A DNA stretch of 64,000 nucleotides. Origin: Octopus vulgaris. Taxonomy: Eukaryota. The notes under the pieces are model-generated. The model was given only the letters and a program-made list of their open reading frames with translations. It had not been told where the DNA came from and did no database searches. The DNA is taken from positions 54,312,001 through 54,376,000 of the forward strand of contig OX597821.1 of NCBI GenBank assembly GCA_951406725.2. Direction: 5' to 3'. Position numbers and translations under genes: made by a program. Positions 38,921 to 52,232 of this stretch are shown here, piece by piece; positions within the stretch are counted from its first letter, which is position 1; each line of letters opens with the position of its first letter.

Positions 38921-39334
38921 ATAATGAATATAATAGTGTATGTTGGTGGCGGTGGTGAATCAGGATAAATTAACTCAAGTGGGTTAAAAATGAAATTCTT
39001 GGGGAAATGATGTGTTCCTTGTTAAAACAGAAATTTTTCTTCTGTCAACACTGTATCTGTCCAATGTGATGGACAAGTAAATAGATCAATAAAATAAATT
39101 CAATAAACCTTTTGAATTCAAGCAATACAGCATGTCGTTTGGACTACCATCAATTCTATTTTCCTCCTTTCAAATCGGGGGGGGGGAATGTCAGTGTAAA
39201 TAAATATATTTTGGAGTAACTGGTTAAAAAGTTCCCCAGCCCTTGATGTAGGTAGTGTAGGTACTGATTTTAATGGTACAGAGATGTGTGAAGGGTGAAG
39301 GAATAGAAGGAACATATATTCACCTCATTCACGT

Positions 39335-39600
39335 GATGTAACACCAAAGATGTACTGAAGGGAAGTATTATAGCAGCATTCCCCAACTTAAAGAAGGAGA
39401 TCATCCAGAAGATTTGCAGGAGATTCTGAAGTCGTCTGGGGACCGTGATTGATGCCAATGGCGATTTTATTGAATAAATTTACTCTTTAGTATTTCAAGA
39501 TTAATTTATGCAATTTTGGTAAATATATGTTAAAATGAGATGTCAGCGTTATTTCTAATTTTTGTGTAATTTAGATGACAATTTATTCACTGTACCTTCC
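39335..39600 (+). mobile_element. Tc1/mariner-superfamily transposase C-terminus and 3' end
   Basis: CNTKDVLK..IIAAFPNLKKEIIQKICRRF*SRLGTVIDANGDFIE*. Confidence 0.7.
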
Positions 39601-39629
39601 ATATCATTATCATCATCATCATCACCACC

Positions 39630-39717
<88 letters not shown>

Positions 39718-40212
39718 ACATATGCATGTATATACGCATCTATCTATCTATCTATCTATCAACATGTGTGTGTTTGTGTTTGTGTCTCATTCCCACTTCT
39801 AGACACATGGAGTTGGTTTGTTTACACCCCATTGCTTATCAATTCAGCAAAAGTGATTGAGAAAATAAGTACCTGACTTAAATAGAATAGTAATTACTGG
39901 ATTTGATTTGTTTGATTAAAACCCTTCAAGCCAATGCCCCAGTATGACCCCAGTCTGATGATTAAAACAAGTAACAAAAAGGAAATAAAAGAAGAAACAA
40001 TAATTTCTCTTATTTTTTCCCTTTGTTTTTTCAAATTTATTGTTTTAAAACAGTCTTATTTAAACTTTCCATATGATATGTACCAGTAAATTTTTATTCA
40101 AACTCCAGTGGACAAGGAAATTAGAAAGATGAAGGATCACTTGGCTAGCCCCTAATTCAATTCATTTACTCACTGCTACTCATATAAACTAATATTAATA
40201 TTAAAGAAACTT

Positions 40213-40431
40213 AAGGCAGCAAGCTGGCAGAATTGTTAGCATTCCTAGTAAAAATGCTTTGCAACATTTAGTCTGGTTTTACATTTGAAGTTCAAATGCT
40301 GCTGAGGTTGACTATGCCTTTCAAGCTTTCACGTTCGATAAAATAAGTACCAGCTGAGCACTTGGGTCAGTGTAATTAACTTGCTCCCTTCCCAATATTA
40401 CTGGCCTTGTGTCAAACTTTGAAACCAATAT
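40213..40431 (+). mobile_element. SINE family B
   Basis: AAGGCAGCAAGCTGGCAGAA..GCCTTTCAAGC..CGATAAAATAAGTACCAG..TTTGAAACCAATATT. Confidence 0.85.
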
Positions 40432-40459
40432 TAAACAAATTTTAACTTTGTTTAATATA

Positions 40460-40884
40460 ACTCTTTACTCTTACTCTTTACTCTTTTACTTGTTTCAGTC
40501 ATTTGACTGCGGCCATGCTGGAGCACCACCTTTAGTCGAGCAAATCGACCCCGGGACTTATTCTTTGTAAGCCCAGTACTTATTCTATCGGTCTCTTTTC
40601 CCAAACCACTAAGTGACGGGGACGTAAACACACAAGCATCGGTTGTCAAGCAATGCTAGGAGGACAAACACAGACACACAAACACACACACATACAGATA
40701 TACATATATATACATATATACGACAGGCTTCTTTCAGTTTCCGTCTACCAAATCCACTCACAAGGCATTAGTCGGCCCGGGGCTATAGCAGAAGACACTT
40801 GCCCAAGATGCCACGCAGTGGGACTGAACCCGGAACCATGTGGTTGGTTAGCAAGCTACTTACCACACAGCCACTCCTGCACCT
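40460..40884 (-). mobile_element. SINE family A, full length, young
   Basis: Reverse complement of family A with a (ACTCTT)n-type tail. Confidence 0.96.
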
Positions 40885-41789
40885 CCTAAGTTTTTTTTTT
40901 TTATTATCAATTAAGAGATTACTATAATTAACTAAATGTTTCTTTTTAACTATTGTTATTTAAAAGTCTATCTTCGATTCATATAGAAATTTAATTAAAT
41001 CTAGAGGGCAATACATTTAATTAAGCTGTTTATTCCTTTTCTGAATCTGTATTAAAATTTTAGCCATCATCTGTACACTTATTTTGATACATGCTTTTTT
41101 ATAATTCTATTTTTTAATTATATTAATGCCGATGCATATTAAATTAATTAATGAAAAGGAGAAAGTTTGAGCATTTTGCACTTAAAATGCTTGTTAACAA
41201 GAATAATTATTTACTTAATGTTAAAACATTATTAATTTACATGTGTCACTGCACATTGTATCTTGCAGCATTAAGTTAGGAGCACATACCGATTAGTACA
41301 AATGAATGATAATTATTCAGCTGAAAAGTTGTGTGACATGAAATAATTTATGTCATCGGACATGTAGTTTAACTTCATTAGCAACTATAATTAATACAAC
41401 AGAAAATTTGCATTATAGTACCAAATGCTGGATCAAATATAAAGATTGAGATTGTGACAAACACAAAACAAATAGATTTAGAGAAAGTTGAATGAACATT
41501 ATAGGATTTGTTGGTTTAGACTGTAGTTAAAAAATTAATGTTTTCTAACCTTGTTTTTAAAGGCCAGCAATTTTGGTAGGATAGGTTACCTTTTAAATAA
41601 TTGAATCATTCCAATTAGTTTACTGGTACTTTAATTTTATCAATCCCAGAAGAATGAAGGATTTGAAGGTAGAATGGAAAAAGCAAAATAAATAAATAAT
41701 AAATAAATAAATAAATAAGCAAAAAAGATACAAACAAACAAAAACAAAACAAATATCGCAAAGTATTTTATCAGATGCTCAAAAAGTCA

Positions 41790-42385
41790 CTGAAACAGTG
41801 AGAGATTTCATGAACAAAAAGAAAAATAACAGAACAAAAAATTGGAAAGAGGAAGAATCACATGGCCAACTCATTCAACAGACAAATGATGCTGAAAACC
41901 TGAGATGATTATAGCCCCTCAAGAACAAGCCATTAGTATGAGACTGGTAAAGACAAAGATTGACAAGAGTTGATCAGAGGGCAAATACCAGTATCTGTGG
42001 AAACGGACACATAAGTATTAACCTCCTATCAAGTGAATGCAGTATGCTAGCTCAAAAGAAGTTTAAGTGCAGAAATGCCAGTTTTGGTAAAAGAATGCAT
42101 TGGGATGTTAGCTAAGTTTATGGATTCAAAGTAGCAGGAAGTGGGTAGTGAATATGAGCCAGAGGCTATGGTGGAGAATGATAATGTATTTTAAAGGATT
42201 TCTTCACAAAAAACAAGGAGACCAGATATGATCAAAGAGTACAAAAGAAAATAAACAGTATAATACAATATGATAGTAGACTGGATATCAAAGACAATGA
42301 GAAAATTAAGAAATATCAGGATATAGCCAGAGAAATAAAGTGATTGCCAAATATAATGGGGACAACTGTTCTGGTGGTGAATTAT
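41790..42385 (+). mobile_element. R4/Dong-clade non-LTR retrotransposon C-terminal fossil
   Basis: WKEEESHGQ..IIAPQEQAI..KTKIDKS..ICG..SECSMLAQKKFKCRN..RMHW; later EKIKKYQDIAREIK. Resembles the CCHC and restriction-like endonuclease region. Confidence 0.75.
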
Positions 42386-43557
42386 GAATGTATACTGTAA
42401 TTTTACTCCATTATACTGTAACTTTACTCAACACCTCATCTAAAGACATCACTCCCTCTTTCTTATTTTCTCTTTCAATATCAGAAACACTTTTACCATG
42501 TGTATTACAAGATGACCCACTAATTCTGGTGGCATGAAAAAGTACCCCATACACTCTATAAAGTGTTTGGTGAGTCAAGCAGTTCTGAGAGGCCTCTGTA
42601 GTCATGTCAAGTGCAAAACAATTTTTATAGAGGCATTGTCATACAAAACTGTACTCAGTACACTCAGTAAATACTTGATGTCAGGAAAAACATCTTGCCA
42701 GAATATACTAAGCCAAAACTGAAAACTAAGCCAAAATTGAAACTGATGCAAGATATAGTCTTCAGAATTATTGAATCCTGTTAAATCATGTATGACAGCC
42801 AGGAAAGTTGATATATGATGTGAATGATGATAATCATGGATGATGAGAGTGATGATTACAATGATGATATATTGTTGTAGAACATAAGAATTTGTTTTTT
42901 TTTTATTGGACTTTACTATATTTTTAAATCATGTACTAAGGTTGTACTTGTACTAAGGTTCAACCGTGATGAACCTTAATACAAGTAATTCCTTTTACAA
43001 GTACAAGTACTTTTACAAGTAATTGCATTGAGAACAAGTAATTACTGCATTATTTCTATAAATATCAACTTTCTAAGTGTGGCTATAACATTAGCACTAC
43101 TTATCATATCATTCTGAATCTATCTATCTATGTAACACTATAAATATAGAAAGAAATCAAAGACATCAACTATTATATACACAATATTTATGCTATATTA
43201 TTTGTAAGGTGATTGACTAATAAATTATGGAAGGAAAGCAATCAATTTATCTCTGTAGACACAGCATTTCTATTATTCACAAGACAAATGACTGATACAC
43301 TACACGACAAAATCAAAGCACAGCTCTATCACAGATATGATATTTATATTATTCCAATTTTATTGGAAAAGAATATTTTTCCAAAAGAAGTAATTCATTT
43401 CATGGTTTTCTGTAAAAACTTCTAACAATCGTATTCGTGTACTATTTTTTCCACCCTGTTTCACATTTATGTGCTTACTCTTTCTCTTTCACTCACTCTC
43501 TCTCTTTCTCTCTTTCTCTCTCTCTCTTTATATATATATATATATATATATGTATAT

Positions 43558-44420
43558 GTAAGGCTGTGGCCAAAATTATAGAATGTAAAAAAACTATTTT
43601 GATACATTTGAAAATAAAAATAAGATATTTACATTTCTACCTCATTTTTCTGAATGAGATTTTTGTTCAGTTTTTACTATAAATTTTGTAGGAAGTGATT
43701 AATAACTACACAATTTATAATAAAGAAAATGTTTATTTGAGGAATACAGGATCGACAAAATTAGAGAATATATGGTGTAAAATTCAAAAACTAAAAATCT
43801 GGCAACACTTTAACCAATGTAAACTAAGTTGTCCTAACAGTGCAAAGATATATGTTGAACTGTAATGAATTAACAACCATGGAAAGCTGACAAGTTGATG
43901 AAAGCCTCGGGAAGTGAGTGGTCACATAGAAGAAGGAAGGAATGGCAATTTCATCTTCATCAGAGACATTAACAACTCAAAGAGTGTTGTTTCAAGAATA
44001 CTCAAACTTTGTGAAGAAACAAGCTCGTTTGTATCATTAGAAAAATGAGGGAGACCATGGAAAAACAAGTGTTCAGCAAGAGTGTGTGATTCAGAGGCTG
44101 TCATTAAGAGACCATTTCGATACTGCTATAGGAATTTCTTACCAAGTAAATCAGGATTACAGGATGAGTGTGTCCCAGAAGATTGTGGCTCAATGTTTTG
44201 AAGGAAGATGGACTTTATGCATGTTCCCCCACCATTAAATATCTCATTGGTATGAATGATCAAAAAGCTAAGTTAGTACTTTGGATAGATAACCACTGGC
44301 TGTATGTACTCCTCAGGGATGAAAGTAAGTTCAGTTTGATGTGTGAGATGTTGTAAAGGTGAAAGATTGCTCCCCAAATGTTAAAAGAAATCAGTGGAGT
44401 TTAAAATGGAACAACTGTAT
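43558..44420 (+). mobile_element. Tc1-like transposon fossil
   Basis: TIR-like start GGCTGTGGCCAAAATTATAGA after (TA)n; SKSVVSRILK..GRPWKT (HTH/GRPR); W..VLLRDESKFSL (first catalytic Asp). Confidence 0.7.
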
Positions 44421-44469
44421 GGATCAAGGATCAGAATTGACATAATGGGCAGATAAATATGATGATAAT

Positions 44470-45310
44470 TGAAAAAAGAGCCAAAGATAATGTGACAGTT
44501 CGTAGAAAAAGAAGAAAGATATAATTTCTAATGAAAATCCATTTTTGGGTAGCAAAGGCTTATCTGAAAGATTTAAGAGGCACATGAATTTGCTCTATAT
44601 AAGAATGACTGGTGGAACTTGAAGCACTTATGCAGTAGCTGCCACTAATTATCCTGAGCAGTTAAAGATGATTGCTAAAGGGGGTTACACACTAGAGCAA
44701 GTATGAAATGTTGATGAGACTGCACCTTTCTGGAAGTGTGTACCTGCTAGAACTTTTATTTCTCAAGGAAAAAAATATCAACATCAGGATTTAAAGTTTC
44801 CAAACAATCCCTAACTCTTCTTTTTGAAGGAACTGCTGTTGGCGAAATGAAATGTATCACTCCAAAAATCTAAGGGCTTTCAAGGGTTATACAAAGTGTA
44901 ATCTATCTCTGCTTTGACATTCAAATAAGAAGGCACGGATGATTAAGTGCTTTTCAAAAAGTGGTTTACAAACGTTTTATGTTCCTTGATAGAAAGATAC
45001 AGTACCAGATATAATATTTCAACAAACAGTACTTGTTTTAGGCAATGCACCAAGCCACCCAGTAAACTTAAATGACCTTTCTGATAACGTAAGAGCAGAA
45101 TATATCCTCAAAAGTATAATATCTTTTCTCTAAGTCAATCGATCAAGGTGTGGTAACTAACTTCAAGGCATATTATATGAGAAGAACTTTCAACAACTTT
45201 TGAAAATAACTGACAGGAAGAATAAAACCTGCAGTTAGAAATTTCTAGAAGAAATTCAACATAATAAATGCTGTAGATTATAGAGCTGAGACATGGGACA
45301 AATTGGAACC
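44470..45310 (+). mobile_element. Tigger/pogo-family transposase fossil
   Basis: FLGSKGLSERFKRH..AATNYPEQLK..GGYTLEQV*NVDET..FWK.VP.RTFI; GNAPSHP; QGVVTNFKAYYMRRTF. Confidence 0.85.
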
Positions 45311-45765
45311 TTCAGCTTTGAAACTGATGTTCATGATAATGAACTATGAGATAGAAAATATTGACCTTTATCCTCCCAGCAATGTTCATTCCACCACCAC
45401 ACACACACAGTTGTTTACATCTTTTGTGATAAGAGCACACTCTAACAATATTATGATTCTTTTTAATTTGCTAACTTATTCTTCTTGAAAAGTTTTTTTG
45501 TTATTATGTATTTATATTGTACCAGTTATGGTTTGAAATAGTTATTTTCACCTATAAAGGTGATCTTATTGCTTGTCCTCTGTTGTTTTGTTGTGGTTCT
45601 ATTTATTTTTCTCATTTTTTTTTTAAAAAAAAGAGTCCCTAGCAACACAATCTCACTTGATAAATAAAAATCGATAGAAAAATTAATTTTACATTCCGAA
45701 ATTTCATGTTACTACCAGATTTTCAGGAAAACATTATTTCCATAAAGCAAGGAATACATACATAC

Positions 45766-45856
<91 letters not shown>

Positions 45857-45979
45857 CATACATATGCATATATATATATGTGTGTGTGTGCATATATATA
45901 CATATATAAATACGCACAAGCACACATAATATACCAGCTTATTTGGTAAAAGAACGATAGGTTAGAAAAAAACTACTTA

Positions 45980-46400
45980 TTTATATATAAAAGAGTGTGT
46001 GTGTGTTCCTTATGGATTTGAAAACTAAGTTGCCAGTTTTAATGTATGAGGTATCAAAAGATTCGGTAATCTTTCGGCTATCAATTAAACTTTATTTTTA
46101 TTTACATATTTGCATTACAAACATTTTACATTACAATCTTTCCAGAATATTATGAGTGAGAGAAACACAGAATGAGAAAAGGACAGATAGAAGAGAGAAA
46201 GAAGCAGAGAGACAAAGCAAGTTTCTATAGGGGAAGTTGAAAGACAGAGGGCTAGCAGGGGAGAGAGAGAGAGAGAGATTGATGTTTCATACTGTATGTA
46301 TGTTCTATAGGTGAAGGTGAAAGAAAGCCAGCACAATGAAAGAGGAAAAGCAGGAGAGAAGGAGATGCTGATAACCTCGGAAATGAGGTTGGGTCGCACC
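45980..46400 (+). mobile_element. Short non-autonomous Helitron-like unit
   Basis: First ~290 bp duplicate 46400-46765; ends with hairpin AACCTC-GGAAAT-GAGGTT (46373-46390) about 10 bp before the next unit. Confidence 0.55.
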
Positions 46401-46440
46401 TATATCAAAGAGAGTTTGCGTTTGTGTGTCTATATCTGTG

Positions 46441-46485
<45 letters not shown>

Positions 46486-49400
46486 GCGTGTGTGTGTATG
46501 TGCATATGTTCCTAATAGATTTGAAAACTGAGTTGCCAATTTCGGCGTATAAGGTATCAAAAGATTCAGTAATTTTTCGGCTACCAATTGAATTTTATTT
46601 TCATTTACATATTTGCATTCAGAAAATTTAACATTATAATCTCTCTAGAATATATGTGAGTGAGATAAACACAGAATAAAAACAAGACAGGGAAGAGAGA
46701 AAGAAACAGAGAGAGAGAGAGAACAATTTTCTATAGAAGTTGAAAGACAGGGATAGTGGAGAGTGAGAGTATTTGACTGTACTGCTCAGCAGTGAAACAC
46801 ACTGATTTTGAAAGAGTTTAGTTTAGTTGTGGCTTGGATGTTGAATGAACAACAACATTCACTTTGAAGTGCCACAGTTTGGATTTTCCTTTTCATCATG
46901 AAGAGTTGCAGTTTAAAAAGCATTAACGATTATCATTATTTATGTGCTGAAATATTATTCTGGTTTTTAAAACCAACATGAAGATTTGGTTAATTCGACA
47001 GCTCTCACAACACTCAAATATATCTGAAAATAATTGTTATTCTGGTTATTATAACAAATTCGGAAACTTGACAATGTAGAAGGCCTTAGCAGCTATTTCA
47101 ATAAAATTACAGAAATATTATTCCAGTCCTTATAAATATTATTCCAGTCCTTTTACCCTTTTACTGCATTAGTCAGAATTTATTCTACGGCCTATAACCT
47201 TACACAGTTAAAATATATAGTAAGTGATGTCAAATTAATTAATGTCTTACTACATACATCCTTCAGCAAATGTTTTAAATTAATAAACATTCACAACAGC
47301 AACATATTCTTTTGTACACACTTCATTCAGTGTTTGTTTAAAAATTGTAAAATAATAAATTATTTTTGTATGAAAAATTGAATTATGCCTTCTGAATTTT
47401 CTTGGAGCTTGACTTTCTTCACTGTGACATTCAGTCCTGAATTTTATAACATTTAGTACATGCTCCAAATAAATGTTGACTTTCTGTACTTTGTTACATT
47501 GGAGACACATAGTAATTTTTGCTAAATTGGTGACTTTCTGACACTGGAATATTTCTTTTGGAAATATTCCTTAAAAAAAAATTTTATCGCATAACTATGA
47601 GACAGAAAGTATGTTTTGCACCTATATTGAGTACATTTCATTTTGCTTGAACTTCATGTCTGTACATATTATCAATTCTATGAGCGTCTATGTGTCTGTG
47701 AATATGTGTGTGTTTCTGCACTCCTTACGTCTATAGTAAACTATAGTAAAGGACATTCTACACTGTTTAAAGTAGCCATCCTTATAGTAGGTGATCCCCC
47801 ATGAAAATTGTAATATCCTCATTCATCCTCGAGATAACAACCTTTAATATATTTTAGAGATTCATCCCTCTTATGATGCTCTCCAGTATCCTCTTATTCT
47901 GTGGAATGGACAAGTGGGTATCATTTCAATATTCCACAGATTGAACCTACAATAGAAGAGCCAATTACAAACAAAAAGGTGTGGTCAAGTGACTTCTATT
48001 CTTACCAACTGATGTTAAGACCAGAACATTCAAATCAATTACACATGTATCATGATCTGTTTCAGCAATACTTGGTCGATATTTATGCTAAAGTTGTGAG
48101 TCAGCGTCTCCTCTACATTCGTAACAATCAAAAAACTTAAGGGCTAAAAATTATGCTCATCTTCAAGATGTTCTGAGGACAGATGATGATATTCAAAACA
48201 TGGGGCAACTTGTAATCTTTTCATCCTCATTCACAGGTGGTCCTCAATATATGCACTAACAAACACAAGACTCTATGACATATGTCAGGACATATGGAAA
48301 ACCAAATCTTTTTGTTACTTTCACCTGCAATCCTAAATGGGAGGAAATAAAATCTAATCTTCCAGTGTTGCATCTTCTGGTATTGCAGTTACCCTCCTCA
48401 ACGGGGGAAGAACTGTTCATTCCATGTTCAAGCTCTCTCTAAACCTTGCAATGGAAATATCTCAAATGTGCAACATTTCCCAAAACTCTGCAATGGCAAC
48501 AGTTCTACAACAAACTTGCCTCATTGTTTGAGATGAGTGCACTGTCACATAGTGGAGCTCTGGAAGCGCTTGACCATACCCTTTAAGGCATAACAAATAA
48601 TGGCATGCTCAAAGGAGAAGTAACAGTTCTTCTTGTAGGAGATTTTCATCAAACATTGCCAGTTATTCTCAAAAGATCAAAAGCTGAGGAGGTCAATGTA
48701 TGCCTCAAAAAATTGCATCTTTGGAGACATGAAAAAACTTCATCTTACAAGCAACATCAGAGTACTTCTACAAGGTGATCATACGAGTTGCTAAAGATTG
48801 GTAATGGTATACTAACATTCAACTCAAGACTTCAGCTATATGAAATTACATGCGGTCAAATGATACTTTCTCTTAGGGATAAAGTACTTCCTAATTTATC
48901 TGTCAATTACACTAGTGTAAACTGGCTATGTGAAAGAGCTATACTAGCTCCAACTAATGAAATGGTTGATAAACTCAATCATGAACTTCTTCAAAAGTTA
49001 ACAGATACATCAGAAATATCTTTTCAATAAATTGACAACAGTTGATCAAGATCAGGTTGTTCAATACCCTGTTGAATTCCTGAACACACTTAAACCTACT
49101 GGAATGCCACCACATAACTTGACACTAAAACTGGGTGCTCCCATTATGTTTCTTAGGAATCTTGACCCATCTCACCTGCATAATGGAACTCACTTAATTG
49201 TTACTTCCATGAAGCCCCATGAAACAGGCAACAATCATAACAGGTAGTCAGAAAGGAGAAAATATCTTTATTCCAAAAATTCCTCTCATACCTACAGATG
49301 TTCCATTTGAATTTAAGATGCTTCAGTTTCCGATCAAACTAAGTTTTGGAATTTCAATTAACAAATCCCAGGGTCAATCCCTCAAGGTATTTGCACTTGA

Positions 49401-49697
49401 TCACTCTACCACATGCTTCTCCCACAGCCAACTCCATGTTGCTTGCTCAAGAGCTAGAAGTTGCAACAATTTATTCATTTTAACACCAACAAAAAATTTC
49501 ACAATGGATATTGTTTACCCTGAGGCACTTCATCATTGATAGATGTTCAATTCTAAATTCTATTGTCATTACAATTTGGATATTTCTTAATAAAATATAG
49601 ATATTTTGAAACAATAATGAGAATGTCTTTATATTCATTGTTTACTAATCTGAATAAGAACAGCATTAACTCAGGTAGTTCCGGGTCATTCAGCTAG
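46400..49697 (+). mobile_element. Helitron, internally deleted RepHel pseudogene
   Basis: Rep N-region YDALQYPL, LFQQYLVDIYAK, SSFTGGPQYM, LFVTFTCNPKW. PIF1 helicase VASSGIA..GGRTVHS.FK, GDFHQTLPV, ERAILAPTN, LKLGAPIMFLRN, QFPIKLSFGISINKSQGQSL. 3' sub-terminal hairpin then CTAG|T at 49694-49697. The 5' boundary is inferred. Confidence 0.9.
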
Positions 49698-50324
49698 TTA
49701 AAATCTAAACCATTATTACCAAAGTAAGGAAATGATTTATGTATAAGTGTGTGTATATGACGATTTATATATTTAATGAGTAGATAGAGCAATATGTGTA
49801 ATATATACATGACAAATTATGCGTATCTATATGTATATAGCAATTTATGTGTATGCTTGTTCATTTATGTGTATGACAATTTATATGTGTATATGACAGT
49901 AATAGTGTATACACAGATGTATGTTTTAGACCAGTGGTCCTTAAATGGGCTCCATATGGCCATTTCAAGTCCACATAAGATTTTGCTGTTAAAACTTATC
50001 AGTAAAAGAATTGATCATACTTCTGCAATGCACAAAATATTTTAATAATTTTTGTATACAATTCCTAATGATATTTCTTTTATTTGCTTCAGTCATTATA
50101 CTGCAGCCATGCTGGGGCACAGCCTTAAACATTTAGTTGAATGAATTGACCACAGCAGTTATTCTTTAAACCTAGTACATATTCTATCAGTTTTTTGCCA
50201 AACCGCTAAGTTTTAGGCTTGCACACACCAACACCGGTTGTCAAGTGGTGGTGGTGGTGGTGGTGGTGGAGGTGGGGACAAACACAAACACAAGGGCACA
50301 CGCACACACATATACATACATACA

Positions 50325-50662
50325 TTATTATGGCTGCCCCCTCGTTATCGAGTATGGCCATTGCCCAAAGCTTAACTGTTACTGGTGCTGTGATCAAATG
50401 TGACTTTTTAGCCCAGCTAATGATCCACAATGTCTTTTACAGAATTAGCAACTAATACCTTTACCAGTAATAGCCAGCTGTAGTTGTAACTGGACTTCAT
50501 GTACCTTTGCATGTCGTTTAAGTCCTCCTGCTGAATTACACTCTCTTCCACATGCCCGACATATATGATTAGTATGATGTGTTACACCACAACCAGTGGC
50601 CAGGTTGTCACTCATCTGTCTCACTTTATGACTACGAAGATGATTCTTGAGTCCAGCTTTAC
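50325..50662 (-). mobile_element. 3' end of RTE-type LINE with tandem C2H2 zinc fingers
   Basis: KAGLKNHLRSH; CRACGRECNSAGGLKRHAKVH; C*FCKRHCGSLAGLKSHI*SQH; then the short trailer GCAATGGCCATACTCGATAACGAGGGGCAGCCATAATAA running into a microsatellite. Confidence 0.75.
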
Positions 50663-50686
50663 ATACACACATACATACATACATAC

Positions 50687-50717
<31 letters not shown>

Positions 50718-51269
50718 AAATATCAGGATTCAAGTGAACTAGGCACTTAAAAAGGTAAGGGTTGGGTCAAAATTAAAATGAGTAGACAACAACGATAGAT
50801 GAATATGCTGCTACTGAAGTACATGCAGAAAGATATTCAGGTTATGTATACAATTAATTGAACCCAACTGGGTATATCAATAGCGCTTGGGCTAATCAAG
50901 AAACGCACATTGTATTAAATATATGGTCCGTAATATACTTCGGAACATGCAAGAAGGTTCAAAGAGGGGTGAATCATAAATAAATAAATAACAACAGATA
51001 CTTAATGTGTTAATTCACTAGAGCTGTCACCAACGAAATTTTAATTGATTAATGGAGACATTACATCATTAGAAAAGACCATTTTCATCAGGTAAATACA
51101 TGAACCACAGCATTTACAAACATTCATATCAACAGCATATGCACCTTCATGATTCTACAAGCCTTGCTGGTCATAGAATGAATTTGTTAGTTCAGATACA
51201 TACATACATATATACACACATACATGTATATACATATACATATATACACGCATACATGCATATACATAG

Positions 51270-51313
<44 letters not shown>

Positions 51314-51333
51314 ATGTGTATATATATATATGA

Positions 51334-51580
51334 CATTGCTATTATGTTAAACTGTTGTATGTCCAAATTTGGCCAAATGCACTTTTTTCAATATTTATTT
51401 TTGCTTGCAATAGCCAGTTCTTTTGGTCAAACTATCATATCTCCAGCTGCTTCAGATGCCAAGATACAAAAAATTCTCAAAGTGTAGTACAAGAGTTTTG
51501 CTATGGAAGGATGAAACTATTTTTTCATTTTCTGAAAAAGCAACGTTTTGGATATACAACACTTTTCCATAATAGCAACG
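51334..51580. mobile_element. TIR-bounded ~250-bp element in (TA)/(TG)n
   Basis: CATTGCTATTATGTTAAACTGTTGTATGTCCAAA versus the reverse complement of the right end, CGTTGCTATTATGGAAAAGTGTTGTATATCCAAA. Confidence 0.75.
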
Positions 51581-51612
51581 ATATGTGTGTGTGTGTGTAC
51601 ATACACACACAT

Positions 51613-51689
<77 letters not shown>

Positions 51690-52232
51690 TACATATACAT
51701 ACTTATATACACATACATACAACAGGATTCTTTCAGTTTTCATCTATCAAATCCATTCACAAGGCTTTGGTTGGCCTGAGATTATAGTGAGATTATAGTA
51801 AAAGACATTTGTCAAATTGCCATGTGGTTTGGAAGCAAGCTTCTTACCACACAGCCATGCATAAATATAAAGGATTTTTTCCTAAAACTGAATGGCCATA
51901 ATGGTCCATGGTCCAACCAAGCAAAACAGAAATCAAAGGAGGTTCATTGGTAAAAAATGGTTGAGAATCCTTGGTTTAGGAGTTCAATTTGCGACCTGGT
52001 GATTGCAGGTTCGATCTTTTTGCACTGCACATCAGGCAAGTGTTTTCAGCCCAAGCAGCTAAAGCCCAAGACTGTGAGAGTAAAACTGGATTGACATAAA
52101 TTGTACAGAACCCTATAAGGTGGTGCCATATCTGTACTTCAGATATAGCCATAATATCTATCCTATCACTAAGTTTGACAGCATTATATGGTCATTGGTT
52201 GTCTTTAGTACAATCCCCTCCACTGTAAATAT

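Larger units (their letters stand above)
50078..51860 (-). mobile_element. SINE family A split at its internal microsatellite (3' half 50078-50325, 5' half 51715-51860)
   Basis: The two halves are complementary parts of one minus-strand copy, each abutting (CA/TA)n. Confidence 0.75.
49932..51973. mobile_element. hAT (Charlie-like) MITE split by nested insertions
   Basis: Left end CAGTGGTCCTTAAA, right end GGTTGAGAATCCTTG (cf. CAGTGGTTCTCAACC TIR); flanking 8-mers TTTTAGAC / GTTTAGGA match 5/8. Confidence 0.55.

Noticed and set aside
43935-43970. Minus-strand CTGATGA-AGAT-GAAA (similar chance hits at 3156 and 12223)
   Set aside because: No credible stems I/II; this one lies within Tc1 coding sequence.
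47901-49539. Host PIF1 helicase gene
   Set aside because: Linked to Helitron Rep motifs and a CTAG terminus, intronless, with multiple disablements.
50720-51195. Additional hammerhead (CTGATGA minus at 51085)
   Set aside because: The 3' half is degenerate (no GAAA) and the inverted arms are only weakly similar; not counted as support.
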